DNA of 64,000 bases from Felis catus (taxonomy: Eukaryota): contig NC_058368.1 in assembly GCF_018350175.1 (NCBI RefSeq), positions 134,604,001 to 134,668,000 of the forward strand, in the 5' to 3' direction. Positions 1-13,657 of this stretch are shown here, one piece after another. A program made the position numbers and the translations under genes. The notes under the pieces are model-generated. The model did not search any database. It had not been told where the DNA came from and saw only the letters and a program-made list of their open reading frames with translations. The first letter of the stretch is position 1; each line of letters opens with the position of its first letter.

Positions 1-434
1 TTATGTAAGAGCAAAAGTGATCAAAGGACCTCAAGGGTGGAAAATGCATTTTTCCCCTTGATTGCATAACTCCCCAAATGGAATGGGCAATGCAATGGAA
101 ACACCATCTGCCCACTCCTCCTGGCCCCTCAATGCTACCACTACAAGCTAAAAAAAAAAAAAAATTCACCCTAGAGGGGGAAAAAAAAAGGGGGGACCAT
201 GAAAAATGTTGCTCGACTTAAATTTAGTATGCCCGAAGATTTTTCAAAATCAAGTTGCCAATAACTTAATTAGATTAAAGTAGAAACCAAAGTCCCCTTA
301 ACTCTAGGGGGCCTTCCCTAAAAATAGGAACTCAGTGTGTACATTAAAGATGCAATTCATTATAGCCAGCGTGATATTCTAATGTCATTATTTTATAAAT
401 GTCTGTGTTCCTATTGTTTTCTTCTTGTCCTTTC

Positions 435-520
435 AGGACAGGGAACCTCTCTTTTTGTCTTTGCCTCCCTAGTCCTTGGCATACAATATGATCCAATAAA
501 TATTAAAACCTGAATAATGA
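435..520 (+). mobile_element. L2 LINE 3' end relic
   Basis: ggacagggaacc...ccctagtccttggcataca...caataaatatt resembles the L2 3' terminus. Confidence 0.45.
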
Positions 521-3500
521 TTAGAGAAAACATGATTTTAGTCATATATCAGCAAAGCCTAGACATGCTGCAATGGCAACTTTTGGAATTAAGAGTCAGA
601 GGCCAGCTGGGCAAGGTCAGATGGCAGAAGTGGGCAAAGGTAGCAGTCTCTGTACGTCCTTAGCAACAACTCCGCAGTACCTTGGGGCTTTCAGATGCTG
701 GTGGCCTGCCCTATCTGTTTCAGGAAAAGTCAGCTACCAGTTTATAGTATCTCCTGCCTGGAGCCCCAGTAGACAGTGATGGTGATTCACCTGGGCCTAC
801 CTGACCTACATTCCCCCTAAGATTGCCCAGTCACTGCTCTGCAAATTACATTCCCAGATCCAGGATGCAGTCAGTCAGTGGACCACATGATTCAGATTTC
901 TAACACCTACCTGAAAACTTTGGGGAGATCCACTCTCAGTGGATAGATCCCACACCAATGGGAGGAAGAAGCTAGAGAGAAATTCCCAGGCACTGGTGAA
1001 GGGTGTGGAAAGACAGCAAGGAGAGAGGACAGGATAGTACCTTTTAGCTTTAAAGAAGGTACTTCTCTCTTCCGTGTGCCCTCTGCACTCACTCCACCCT
1101 CGGTGTTGTACTCCACCATCCATTCCTACCTAGCCCTTCCATTTTTCTGGTCTTCATGACCTGTTGAGGAAAATGAAGGAGGATTTATGCACTGGAAAAA
1201 TGGTGAATTCCACGAAGACCCTGCTAGCGCTCAGACTGTCTAGTCTATAGGTATTTTGATAACCTTCTTTCTCATGGGTCTCTATTCACACGTTTTGTCT
1301 TAGGATCCTCTCCCACTTTACAGAAACATCACATTACTTTCCTTGTCTCACCTTCCTGTTTAAATCCTGAAAGTGTCCTCCCAACCTTCCTCTATCCTGC
1401 TGATTGAAGTTCTGCCCTGCTTAGACTGCCTTTTATCACCCTTATAACTGTGGTCTAAACCTTCCTCCTCTGTCATGTCTGTTCTCTTACCTGGAAATAC
1501 TCCCACCTTCTGAATTATGCCCATCTTTTGGCAACCAGTCCAAGGGACTTCTGTCTAATTATTCCAGCCCAATGGGAGTATTTCAGTTTTCTAAAGTCAT
1601 GTGGAATGTGAAGAGGCTCACATACTCTCAGTTTTCCATGCCTTGCTGGAACCATGGGTTAACTCTCTGTACGTAGGCCACATACTGGCTCTTAAATGTC
1701 ATAAAACTTGAAGGGGACTCCTGTAGTGACAAGAGACCTGAGATACAGTCAGAGGCCTAAGCCCAAGGGACGGCGTGGCTCTTTGACGGCTCTGTGGTCT
1801 TGCTCGAGTGATTTTCAACCTGGCGTTGAAAGGGGTGGGTATACGACTCAGTAAGACATGCCAGAAACCTGGGATTGCAGATGATTTTAACTGTATACTC
1901 AATATTGTAACTTTATGCTTGGGAACACGAAATTATTTTTGTAACACAAATTGTAGAAGGTAAGTTTTAACCAAATCTTGGCTGCTGAGTGCCTATAGAA
2001 ATTGACTCCATTTTTGAAGTATTCATGATTCTTAATCAAAAGTGAAAGGCTTGCCCCCCACCCCCATTAAGGGATGGGTGGATCAGAATTTCTGGGAAAG
2101 ATGAGATTTCGATGGTTATTAGAAGAGTTAAAAGGTTAGGAAAACTGGCAACTTACTCTATCTTAAATATTATTTTACATAATACAGAGAAAACACTATG
2201 CTAACGATAGGGTTCTTGTGACAGTTAAGTGAGCCAAGGTCTGTTAAAGTATTTGCAAACAGTAGAGTTCTGGTCAAATATAACATGTAAGCAGATTTGA
2301 GAAGTTCTTTTTATCTGAGGTTAATTAGTACCAGAAGAAGCTTAAACTGAATCCATTGAAAACAGGGACAAAGGTAGACATAGGAAATGGTGGGAAATTT
2401 GAAAATTAAAAGTACAAATTATGAAAAAAATTATGAAGAAAACTTAATTACCTTACATTTAATAAGTTAGATTTATTTTATTATTGTATGGATTATCATT
2501 GTAGTTATGTGCTAAATATTAGGACAAAGAATTAATGTTGGCGATTTGGGGCAGAATTCATCTAATAAAATTGTATCATAGCACAATACAATTAATTTTA
2601 TTTCATGCTTGGGTTTCTCAACATGCCCACAAAGAAGATAATTTTTGCAAAAGCATTAAAAGATTTATCAGTTCCCCAAGGACCGTTTTCTCCTTGGAAG
2701 TCCCAGCACACCATCACCTTTGTCAATTTTCTCCTTTTCAATAATTGACTGATCAAACACTGCTAGAGTTTAATTTGTCAAGAGCTTTCTACCTGATTGA
2801 CTTTACCTCCATCAATTGCATTGATGTTATAAAATCCTGACTACTGCCTCACTGTGTCATTTTGCACTTTTTTTTTGCATTGTTTTGCCAGCGCATTTTC
2901 AACTAGTCATCAAAAAACTATCCAATAAAGACATTGATATTATGAGAGGAGGTAGATATTTGAGTTAAAGAGGAATGTTGGAATGGGTCCATTCACTTTG
3001 TGAATGGTCAGTTTATTCTTTTCTTGTATTATGAGGACTTGCTTCATTGTGCAATCTTGTACCAGCAAGGCTTTGGATGATGACGTCGTAGGTTTTAAGG
3101 ACTCTGTCTCATATTTGTATTTCTATAATACCTCTCACATCACCCTATTTAAACAGGCGCTCAGTTACTTTTGACTGAATCAGTAATTGAGTGAGTGAGT
3201 AAATGAATGAAGAAATAGGAGGAAGAAATGAACAGCTGGCAGCTCTAGGCTCCCACTCCAAAATTTACATTTCAGTATGAAACCCACACACAAGAATAGC
3301 AATCTCAGTGAAATGGGATAAATTCAACACCAGAGACAAAAAAGGGATTGATACTGAGATCCAATTTCTCCATCTACAAAACAGAACCAAATTGTTCGGG
3401 GTTCATGATGAACATGTCCGTGTTCTCATCAGGTCTGTCCTTTGGGACAGCTGTAAAGGAATACTATTAAAAAATAATAATAACTTTTATAAACGTGAGC

Positions 3501-5224
3501 ATCTAACCCATGTTGAGGAACAACTTTCCACCAGAGGCCTTATATACATTATTCAAGATACTCACATTGGGGGTCCCAAGAGATCTACAAAGCTATGGGA
3601 TAAACATAGTTAATCATCTCAGGGCAATGTTTTACTTAGAGATTTGCAGAGAAGAATTATACTTTTGAATAGAACATACACTAGGCATACATTTTACACT
3701 AAAACTGGCTTTCTGGGAAATTTTACTTTGGCAGAAGGTCTTGGGGCTGTGTCTGCAGGGAGCACCCTACCACCCACCCTTTAGTGGAATATTTTACAAA
3801 GTTCTCTGTCCCATCATGCCATCTTCTCAACAACTCTAGGACACATGCATCATCATCTTTGTTTTGCCTATTAAGAATCTGAGCTACAGAGAAGCTGTGA
3901 ATGAAAGCTTGCAAACATGTGAGTGACAGAACAGTGCTTTCCCCTGACTACATTGTCCCATGGGCAAGGTGATTCTTCCTGTCCCCATGAATTTCTCCCT
4001 TCCACACTCTTCTTTCCCTTTGACTGTGCCTCCTCTCCAGATGCCCAGTCACTAGACTCATTTCCTTGATTCCTAGAGGAAAACAATCCAAGGATATGTC
4101 TTCACCCTTCGAGATTCTCAAGTGGTTAGGTAATTCAAAGTGTTTGCATTTCAGTAGAGGAGCACGGGGGTAGGGTAAGGCTCACCCACAAGAACTGAAT
4201 TGCTTTTAGTGGGATTTCCCCTCTCCCTTGGACAGTTTGGGACAATACCTTGGGTGTTGGTGCCCTTTGCTCAAATGATATTAAAGGAAAATTTTCAGGT
4301 GTATCAGGACAGTTCTTTTTTTAGAGGGAGGGCCAAAAAGATATCCAACAAGCATGGTCACAGCCCACCTTCCCATCTTTCCAAGTGGAGGCGTTTAAGT
4401 GGAGAGTGGAGGCAGGTAAAGGGTTGGCTAGAGAGAGCGGAAGCCAACAAATACTAAGACACTCTTCTAACCACCAGAGCGGGAAAAAAGGGTGAATACA
4501 CACAAAGATGAAGAAGGAGTGATATACTTAAATAATTCTAGGGAAGATCTTTGCCCTGAGAGGGAACTGAGATCCATTTCAGGACCTCGTGGTGGTCTTT
4601 TGTCACAGCAACCTACAAAATTGAAGAAACAGTCCTGTTCCAACATCTCTGCGGTGCAGAAGGTAGAGACATTATCTTAGGAAGTTGGCCTGTCAACAGA
4701 AGAATCATTTGGCTCTTCTAAAACACAGGAATTTATGAGTTGAAAACAGCCTTAGAATCTCCAGGATTGGTCCAGCACTCCAGCTTGTGGATAAACCACA
4801 ACAGGACATAATATTCTTTCCTCCTAAGCTCCTATATAATTCTGGTTTGAATGCATCCATACTTGTGGTTTCTATTTCTGCCCTAGTTTTGCTTGCTAAC
4901 CTTCAGAAGGTCTGGTTCTCAATCTCGATCCCTGTCTTTCCATCTCTCTCTCCCCCACCCCACACACATATACACACAGATGTTATTTCTTGTGTTGGGT
5001 TTTCTTCTGTGACAGTCAGAAGGTTGCAGAAATGAGAGGCCAGAGGCTTTGTCCAACCAGGTAATCAGGGCCTTTCTAGGGGATAAATGATAGAATTTCG
5101 TTATCCGGAGGTTTGTCAGAAACAAACATGCAGGAGCCTACGGTGAGGTTATTAGATGCAGAACACATCGTTGTTTCTAAGAGGAACTCAGGGGAGGGCA
5201 TTATCCGTCATGCTGTAAATAAGC

Positions 5225-5395
5225 CTCCCAACAAGCCCACTGTATGCAGAAATGTTATTATCCCTGCCATACACATGAGTAAGTCGAGGCACAGAAAAAT
5301 TCTTTACTGAACAAACAGCTAATTCATGGTAGAGACAGAATTCGAACCCAGGCGATTAGGCTGCCAAGTGTGTATTCTTCATTGCTCTGCAGGGC
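5225..5395 (-). mobile_element. MIR SINE relic
   Basis: ttattatccc...gaggcacaga...ggtagagacagaattcgaacccaggc matches the MIR core in reverse. Confidence 0.7.
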
Positions 5396-5650
5396 TGCCT
5401 TTCTAGTAAACAGTGGGACTTCATTTACGCATGCATCGTAGCCTGAACCCTCTATGTTCTTTCATTATTCCTCCATGCCCCCCCCATTCTTTTCTTCTTT
5501 CTCTCTATCTCATTATTTGCCCCAATATAGACCAGTCCTTTTTCAGAGCCTTTGCTGTACCAGTTGTCTGTCATTCAGCACATCGGAAGACACTTGCCTT
5601 GAAGACACTTAAAGATAAAAGTGGGATTTGCTTATTTAAAGCACACTAGT

Positions 5651-5863
5651 GGTGACGCCTGGGTGGCTCAGTCGGTTAAGCGTCCAACTTCGGCTCAGGT
5701 CATGATCTCGCAGTTGGGGAGTTTGAGCCCCAGCATCGGGCTCTGTGCTGACAGCTCAGAGCCTGGAGCCTGCTTCGGATTCCGTGTCTCCCTCTCTCTC
5801 TGCCCCTCCCCTGCTCACACTCTGTCTCTGTCTATCTCTCAAAAATGAACATTAAAAAAAAAC
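5651..5863 (+). mobile_element. Can-SINE (SINEC_Fc-like)
   Basis: A box tggctcagtcgg, B box gtttgag, CT tract, A tail; TSD atttaaagcaYact at 5634-5647 and 5864-5877. Confidence 0.95.
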
Positions 5864-6715
5864 ATTTAAAGCATACTTGGCAGACATTTCTTGATGTGTC
5901 TTAGAAGACTTTTTCTTCTGAAGGTTCTTGGAAACCTCCCTCCTTGGCTCTTACTGTCTAGGTTGCAGCTATACCCTGGCAGTGTTTGTCTGTATCAATC
6001 TTCAACATTTTACGGGCTTCAGATCAATCCGCACAGGCTGGTTTATGGCTGCACTCACCTCAGCAGAAATTCAGTGAGCTTACACATCATCCACTGCACG
6101 GGAGTCGTTTCTATGGTAATTTTCCTTTTCCTGTAGTATTTTATTTGTTTGTTTTTGAGAGTCTGCTTTTGAGTTTCCCATGAAACCAAATTTATCTTTG
6201 GTTTGATTTGATAAATCAAACCACATTGATCTTTTCCACCCTAGTCCATGCTGTTCTTTTGAGGCGGAGGTCAGCTGCGAGATGGGGCTGGCTTCCTTCC
6301 TCAATCAAACTGTCACCTGCAGGAAGGATGGCACCAAAGATCACACCTTTGCCTCCCAGTGCCTGACAATGCCTGGCATGTTATAGGTGCTTTGTAATTG
6401 CTAACTCCGTAAATGACATGATGAGTACAGGAATCTTTTGTGCTGTATTGACCAGCTCCCCATTTGAAACTTCCTCAGTTACCCTTTACTTTAGTCAAGA
6501 ACTGTTTCCCCATATAAATGTCATTATTAAGTTAGTAGAATCCTAACATGAGAATGGGCGAGTGATGTAAGCCACACCACTTCCTTACGCTTTAAACATC
6601 ATCTGACAAACTATCAAATCCTGACCCTGTCCCAAAATATTGTTAATTGATTTGTGTGCAAAGGTTTGTGGTATTATTTTCTCCATTTTTGTATATGTTT
6701 GAAATTTTCATAGGT

Positions 6716-6888
6716 TTTTTTTTTTGGAAGAGAGACAATGCACACGAGCAGGAGAGAGGGGCAGAGATAGAGACAGAATCTTTAGCAGGCTCCACAGTGA
6801 GTATGGAGGGATCCTACAACCCTAGGATCAAGACCTGAGCCAAAATCAAAAGTCAGTTGCTTAACCGATTCAGCCACCCAGGATCCCC
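6716..6888 (-). mobile_element. Can-SINE, diverged
   Basis: Ends cagccacccaggatcccc; T tract at left. Confidence 0.85.
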
Positions 6889-6896
6889 ACTCTAAC

Positions 6897-6940
6897 TTTT
6901 ATTTTTTAATTTATTTTTATTTCTTTAATGTTTATTTATT

Positions 6941-6978
<38 letters not shown>

Positions 6979-6999
6979 CGTGCACACAAGCAGGGGAGG

Positions 7000-7043
<44 letters not shown>

Positions 7044-7164
7044 CTGAAGCAGGCTCCAGGCTCTGAGCTGTCAGCTGAGAGCCCGATGCAGGGCTCGAAC
7101 TCACAAACCACGAGATCATGACCTGGGCTGAAGTCAGAGGCTAAAATGAGCCACCTGGCACCCC
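6897..7164 (-). mobile_element. Can-SINE with two (GA)n expansions
   Basis: Reverse SINEC_Fc body gcaggctccaggctctgagctgtcagc; (GA)n at about 6944-6974 and 7003-7040. Confidence 0.95.
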
Positions 7165-7501
7165 TGAGTTTTATTTTTAATCTGCCTACATGTAGGAAAT
7201 GTTATATAGAATCAGGATAATCAGTTATGAGATAATGAAGGAATCTGTGTCATAATGCTGCCATTTTCTGAGGACTTAAATGCTACCATATAAAATGGTA
7301 CTGGTGAGAATATAAAATGGAAGCTTTAAATATACATGATGATTCTGTGTGTATGCACCTGTGTGGATATCGGTTAGACAAATATTTACAACAAGAGATT
7401 TTTCCATGAGATGAAATAAAACGAAATGAAAAATTGTTGGCGAGAGCCATTATTGTTCCAAACATTGATGATTCCTCTTTATCACCTTGCAATGAGACTT
7501 T

Positions 7502-7725
7502 TCTTTATTTTTTTTTCCTTAACATTTATTTATTTTTGAGAGACAGAGAGAGACAGAGTGCAAGCGGGGGAGGGGCAGAGATGGAGGGAGACACAGAATC
7601 GGAAGCAGGCTCCAGGCTCCGAGCTGTCAGCACAGAGCCCGACACGGGGCTCAAACTCGTGAACCACAAGATCATGACCTGAGCCCAAGTCAGACACTTA
7701 ACCAACTGGGCCACCCAGGCGCCCC
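7502..7725 (-). mobile_element. Can-SINE (SINEC_Fc-like)
   Basis: Ends ccacccaggcgcccc; short agacttt repeat on both flanks. Confidence 0.95.
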
Positions 7726-10700
7726 TAGACTTTGCTACTGTACAATTGTGTTCATTGAATAACAACAGTAGAAAAGCATTGTCTATGTTAATATGTCCAC
7801 TCCAAACTGGAAAATGGTTTTTTATCATAGTTTCCATCCTCCATTTACTGGAATTAAAAAAGGATAAATAACTTACATAAATAAAGGATATAAACGTAAG
7901 CTAGAATTACTTGTTTGTGATTTGGGGAGGAAAGCAGGATCCAGGCTGCATAGACTAGGCTATGACCAGTGACTCACTATATACTGCTGGCTCCCATGGA
8001 ACACGTCTCTGCAGTCCTCTGGTGTCTCATTTCCCCACTTTGTTTAATGGGTGGAGATCATTCATTTTAGAATTGAAACCCCTCAATTTAGAAACACAAA
8101 GATTGTTCGTACACTTCCCTTTGGGGTTTTCCCTCAAGTATGCAATATCTGAAGAAGTTTGTCAAACCCCCTTGAGAAAGACAGTAATAACACTTATTCC
8201 TACTTGAAATGTAGCTCGTTCTTTTTGTTAAGAAGTCTGGTCTATGTCTGAATAGCTTTCTGTTCCCATATGGATTCCTTTAGTATTGTGAAGATTTGAG
8301 GTGCTTCTGGAATTCAGTGTGAGCAAGGATGCATGTATACCTACATAAGCATGAAGACAGTGGCATCAGAGGAGATGTGAATAGATCTCTATGTCAAATG
8401 GCCGAGCTTAGTAAGGTGAAAGCTGGCAGAAATGCCATTGAGACAGATTACCACTGCATGTAGGACCCAGGTCCCGAACAGAGATGCACATGAGGAGGCC
8501 ACCGCTATCTTAAGGGGCAAACAGCCTCAATTCTTCCGTAATCAGAGATCAACAGAATTCTGGGCCAGGCATAGGCATTGGGAGTAGCTGATTTTCAGAC
8601 TTTGTGCATATCGTATCTGACCTGAATTGGTTCCGTGTGGTTTCTTGAGAAGAGTTTAAAAACTGAGTGACTATTAAGCTGATCTTCCTTCATGAGCCAA
8701 ACCCAATTAATTTTGGTCAGTATAATCCTAACAAACTAAGATGATGCAAATGGAACGTTCTAAGTTCCGCTGACCCACTTCAAATAAAAGTGTATGCGAT
8801 TCAAGCCAATGCATGACTATTTGGGCATCGTCAGAATTATTTGTTTTAATATTACTTTCCTACATGTCTTCACATTAAGCATATGCCCGGCTGCCTTTGG
8901 CCAACCAGTCTGAAACCATAATATCCTAAAGTAGAGCATTCAGCTGTTGGTTCTTGAGGGAGTACAACGTGTGATCGCAAGTCCCTTGGCCATCCACTCT
9001 CTGTTACCAGATCAAAAATAGGGATATTTATTTCATTTGGCATGAACTGGAGAATTAAATCAACACATCACCAAACACAAGCTCCAGAAGATGTGGCTCA
9101 GACAAGGATCTTAATGCAGTCCCAGAGAAACAATTTTTATGGCACATAAAGTTTTTATTATGCATAAACTTGAAATTTATTTTTAATTTTTTTCAAGGCT
9201 GTCAGTGGGAGGATTGCTGGCCTATAGCAAATTGCAGATTGTAAAAATCTTTCCACAATGAGGCAACATCTTTTTCCACAGTGACTGTGGTCCAGGTTCT
9301 CACAGCAATGTTCTTACCACACTGGGTCATGGCCAGGTACCTTGGAAGTTAGACAAATACAGCTAGCTAAGGAAATCCTAAATGATAGTCGTGTCACAAA
9401 GTCCTTACCCATCTCCCTCCCAGACCCCAAACCATTGGCTTCCTTGCCACTAGGCCAGTAAACATCCTTCCCTCCCGCCCCAGTTTTTCACACAATGGCC
9501 AGCATTCTGCACTGCTCTTGGCCCATGGTTTGGCCCATGCTCACGGGGCCTTGGAATTCATCTAGCGCTGAGGCTCTCATAACCCAAGTTTCCTGTGCAG
9601 ACTTCAAACACATACACACACACTGGGACCAGCTCTCATGGAGCAAGAAGAAAACAACACAAAATATACAAACCCTCTCCTCAAAGCTGCCAAGAACATC
9701 CTAATAAATCCTCTCTTGTTGCCCCGGGTAGAAGAAAGACTTCTGGGATCCCTTCTTCTCTGCTTGCAGGATGGAGCATCCTCCAAACCCCAAAAATGTA
9801 GCCTAGATTCTTTGTAGGTAGTCTGTTTAGTGAGCTCCAGATAGTTTCTGAAATAAAAGATCACTTTCTGAAAATGTAAGTTTCTTCCTTTTTTAAGCAC
9901 TCGGTGTTAGTTCTCCCCAAACCTGTTTTCTGCAAAAGCTTACGCTCTGGTAGACAGAACATACGTACACACAAGTAGTTAGAATACTTCTGTGCACCAG
10001 AAAAGGCATGCATAGGACTCAGGTCTTTTCCAGCAAAAACATCTGCCATTAGATGTTCTGTTCAAGGATGCAAAAACTGCCTGGAGGAAGTGAGGTTTGA
10101 ATTTAACCTTAAAAGGACAGATTCAGCCACGATAGCCTCAGTAAAAGCTCTGCTTCTCCCCTAGCACAACTGATGGGAAACTGAGATTCACCAATTAAGT
10201 ACTTCACAAAGCGCATGCTTGAGTGACCAAGACTTGACTGTGCCCATTCATCCCCCTTCTTCCCTACATACTTTTTAGCACCAGCTTTGGGTTCCTGAGG
10301 CAGAAGTTCTGTTGAGTAGATCTAGCCCAGGCTTTAGGCAAAGGGGGGCCAAATGGCAGTCTTTGTTTTTCTTTGTCAATTCATGGCCTCCGTTCAAGAT
10401 GTCTGGAATGACTAGTCAAGGGAAATGTTATGATTTCTCTTTGCCTCCCCCTGCCCCCCCCCCACCCTAAGTCAAGGATTTCTTCATCTTGTTCTGTGGA
10501 GGGTGGTGCAGGCAGTGTCTAACCGTAGACTCAAAGATGTCTCCTATCCTGGACATATCTTCTGCCTATCGTGAAATTCTTCCTTTTTCTCTAGAACTGA
10601 AATTCATGATAATACAAAAAAATCCTCTCTGGCAAAAGTAAGCACGCTTTCTATTTATAGACTCCATGGCAGAAAAAGCCATTAGAACCCAAGTGCTCCT

Positions 10701-11519
10701 GAGCAAATGAAGATCGTTGGGTAGCAGGATCTTAAAACAACACAGTATACAGAAAACCACCATGAGTCATATTTTCCATCAATAAAAAGTTCTTAAAACT
10801 GGTGTGTACAGTAATTGGACAAAGATCATACAATTCCAGACAATTAGAAGAGCAGTGGCTCCCAGACACTAAGGATAACCGTAATAAGATGAATATGTTT
10901 GAGCAAGTTTCTTAGAAGTGTGCTGCCCCAAACAGGGCTAGCAACCGGCTGGTGCCTTTGGGCAAAACAAAGCAAGTGTGTGCCTTGTTTTCTCGGGACC
11001 AGAGGAGTCTTCTCAGATAGCATGATTTGGGAAGACCTGATAAAAGCCATTTAGTGCTTCTCCCAGGATGGATAAAATTCCCAGCAGAGATTCATTATTT
11101 GAGGGTTTTGGTTGTCCTTTTTTTTTTTTTTTTTTTTAAGAAACACAGATATCCCTGGAAGAACTGGCAGTATGGCCTTAACAACCAACTGGAATGGCAA
11201 ATGAGTAACTTTCCTAGACAGACCATGAATCAGAGGATATAAATTCTGGTGGAAAGATTATTTTGCACTGGGTCAGAAAGGGGCTCTGCAGGGTTAAAAC
11301 CACGAGCACGTAAATCAGATGAAGAGGAATCTTGGATAGCCAAAATCTTAACACATAGTAATAGAAGCTGTAATGGCATGAGTTCTTCTGCCCCTTACAT
11401 TACATTACCTAGGACTCAGATGTCTTCTAGCAAAGATTTTAGGGATAATTGCGATCATTTTTTAATGTAGATGATGTATATTAAATATATATTCTAATAT
11501 AGATGATATATATAATCCT

Positions 11520-11579
11520 GTGGATATATATATATGTGTGTGTATATATGTATATATATGTACACATACATATATGTAT

Positions 11580-11611
<32 letters not shown>
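11520..11611. repeat. Compound (TA)/(TG)/(CA) microsatellite
   Basis: Direct inspection. Confidence 0.95.
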
Positions 11612-11682
11612 GGTTTCATCTATCTGTTTTCATGACATGACATACAAACCTCTTGTCCTCCCCTTTCAACAGGATGTTTCCA

Positions 11683-11902
11683 GGGGCGCCTGGGTGTCTC
11701 AGTCAGTTAAGTGTCCGACTTCGGTTCAGGTCATGATCTCATGGTCCATGAGTCTGAGCCCCGCGTCGGGCTCTGTACTGACATCTCAGAGCCTGGAGCC
11801 TGCTTCACATTCTGCGTCTCCCTCTCTTTGCCCCTTCCCTGCTCACACTCTGTCTCTCTCTCTCCCTCAAAAATAAATAAACATTAAAAAAAAAAATTTT
11901 TA
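11683..11902 (+). mobile_element. Can-SINE (SINEC_Fc-like)
   Basis: ggggcgcctggg start; perfect 15-bp TSD aacaggatgtttcca at 11668-11682 and 11903-11917. Confidence 0.97.
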
Positions 11903-13070
11903 AACAGGATGTTTCCATCCTACCCCATCCTAGCCGTAGGACAAGATAACCAACCAGCCAGCGATGCTGAAGGCACCTCAGCCGCTACAGGGCTGCTACT
12001 AACAACTGCCCAAACTCCTCATTTCATTGCCAGTCTGGCTCCTGTTACTTGTTTCTATTTTATTCCAGTTCCGCTCGGCCCTTGCTGGCCACAGGTCTAC
12101 TTTCACCTTCTGGATTTTAAAAGCGAGTTTTGTTTCTCTGGTTATGTTTCAGACCCAGATAAGCTCAGCAGCTGACAATTTTGCTTCCTGAGCATCAGTG
12201 AAATCCCCACGTAGTGCAGTTTGGCTCCAGTGTTGCCCTGAGTCGTTTTGCAGAGGCGGGGTTCAAGGGGTCCGGACTGATGTGCTGTGGTCACTAGGTT
12301 CCCTGCACGGCATGCTCATGACAGTTTCTCCCCGTAAAGAAGGAATGATAGAGATGTCGACCTCCAGCTAATGTGAGCCCTAAGGTAGCTTGGGGAGTTT
12401 CATGGCAAAGAAGATAATAGTCATATTTTAGTGGCATTTATTTGTCTTTTTTTTAACGCTAATTATAAAAGTAATGTGTTATTATAGAAAATTGGGAACA
12501 ATTATAAAGAAGACAATTTAAGATTATTCATAATTATTCATAATGCCTTAATCTCAAAACCCAACCTTAATCTCTGTTAACATTTTGGTATATAATCTTC
12601 CAGTAATATTTCTTATATGTCGGGTATGTTTACCTAGCGAAATTAGAGTCGCACTATCATTGTTTTCACTTTATTTCACTCATTACATACAGTGAATGTT
12701 TCCTATGTCTAGTTATATTGAATCTGAAAAGTCTTCCATAAAAAAACTGTATGAATTATACATAATGGGAAGCTGGCTATGAATATATGTGACAGACATT
12801 AATAAATAAGTAGGCTGACCAGGGAGAACTATAAAGCAACAATCTAAACTTGACTTAGTGATCTAGACTTATTTCCTTTGACACAGCATCACTTAGAGGT
12901 AGCGAGTCCCGACAGGCAAACCCAGACCATGAGACAGAGACAGAACTTCATTCCAGAGCACTGGATTTGGGGTCAAATACTCTAGTTGTAGTTGAAATCA
13001 ATGGCATATTCTTCAAAAAATCCCTTGGCTTTTCTCAGACTGTTTATTAGTCTCTAAAATGAAAATTCTT

Positions 13071-13288
13071 GGGGGCGCCTGAGTGGCTCCGTGGGTGAAG
13101 TGTCTGACTTCGGCTCAGGTCACGATCTAGAGGTTCGTGAGTTCAAGCCCCATGTCAGATTCGGTGCTGACAGCTCGGAGCCTGAAGCCTGCTTGCGATT
13201 CTGCGTCTCCCTCTCTCTGCCCGCCCTCACCATTGACACTCTGTCTTTCTCTCTCTCAAACATAAATAAACATTAAAAAAAAAAAAAA
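13071..13288 (+). mobile_element. Can-SINE
   Basis: Full body and A tail; TSD gaaaaYtctt at 13061-13070 and 13289-13298. Confidence 0.95.
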
Positions 13289-13397
13289 GAAAACTCTTAA
13301 TCATTACTATCTTGGGTTGTTATGAGGATAAAAGAGATAATGCTTTGTGGACTAGGAAGTGCTACAGTGGTTCCTTGTTATTGAAAAATAAGGTTGG

Positions 13398-13623
13398 GGG
13401 GCGCCTGGGGGGGCGCAGTCGGTTAAGCGTCCGACTTCAGCCAGGTCACGATCTCGCGGTCCGTGAGTTCGAGCCCCGCGTCGGGCTCTGGGCTGATGGC
13501 TCGGAGCCTGGAGCCTGTTTCCGATTCTGTGTCTCCCTCTCTCTGCCCCTCCCCCGTTCATGCTCTGTCTCTGTCTGTCCCAAAAATAAGTAAACGTTGA
13601 AAAAAAAATTTTTTTTTAAAAAA
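13398..13623 (+). mobile_element. Young Can-SINE (SINEC_Fc-like), CpG-rich
   Basis: CpGs largely intact; perfect 15-bp TSD gaaaaataaggttgg at 13383-13397 and 13624-13638. Confidence 0.97.
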
Positions 13624-13657
13624 GAAAAATAAGGTTGGGTAAGAACCTAACCATTTA

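Noticed and set aside
4211..4220. Isolated NF-kB consensus GGGATTTCCC
   Set aside because: A single 10-mer without supporting motif cluster.
5621..5848. Recurrent ORFs with AQSVK..TSAQVMIS / SLEPASDSVSPSLS motifs that look like a protein family
   Set aside because: They are translations of Can-SINE copies.
6052..6335. Possible minus-strand 258-nt exon (cctgcag ... GAG|gtgagtg)
   Set aside because: Short pyrimidine tract, long for an internal exon, no supporting evidence.
9270..9342. Possible plus-strand exon (ttttccacag ... cag|gtacct)
   Set aside because: Weak donor, 55 nt, unrecognisable peptide.
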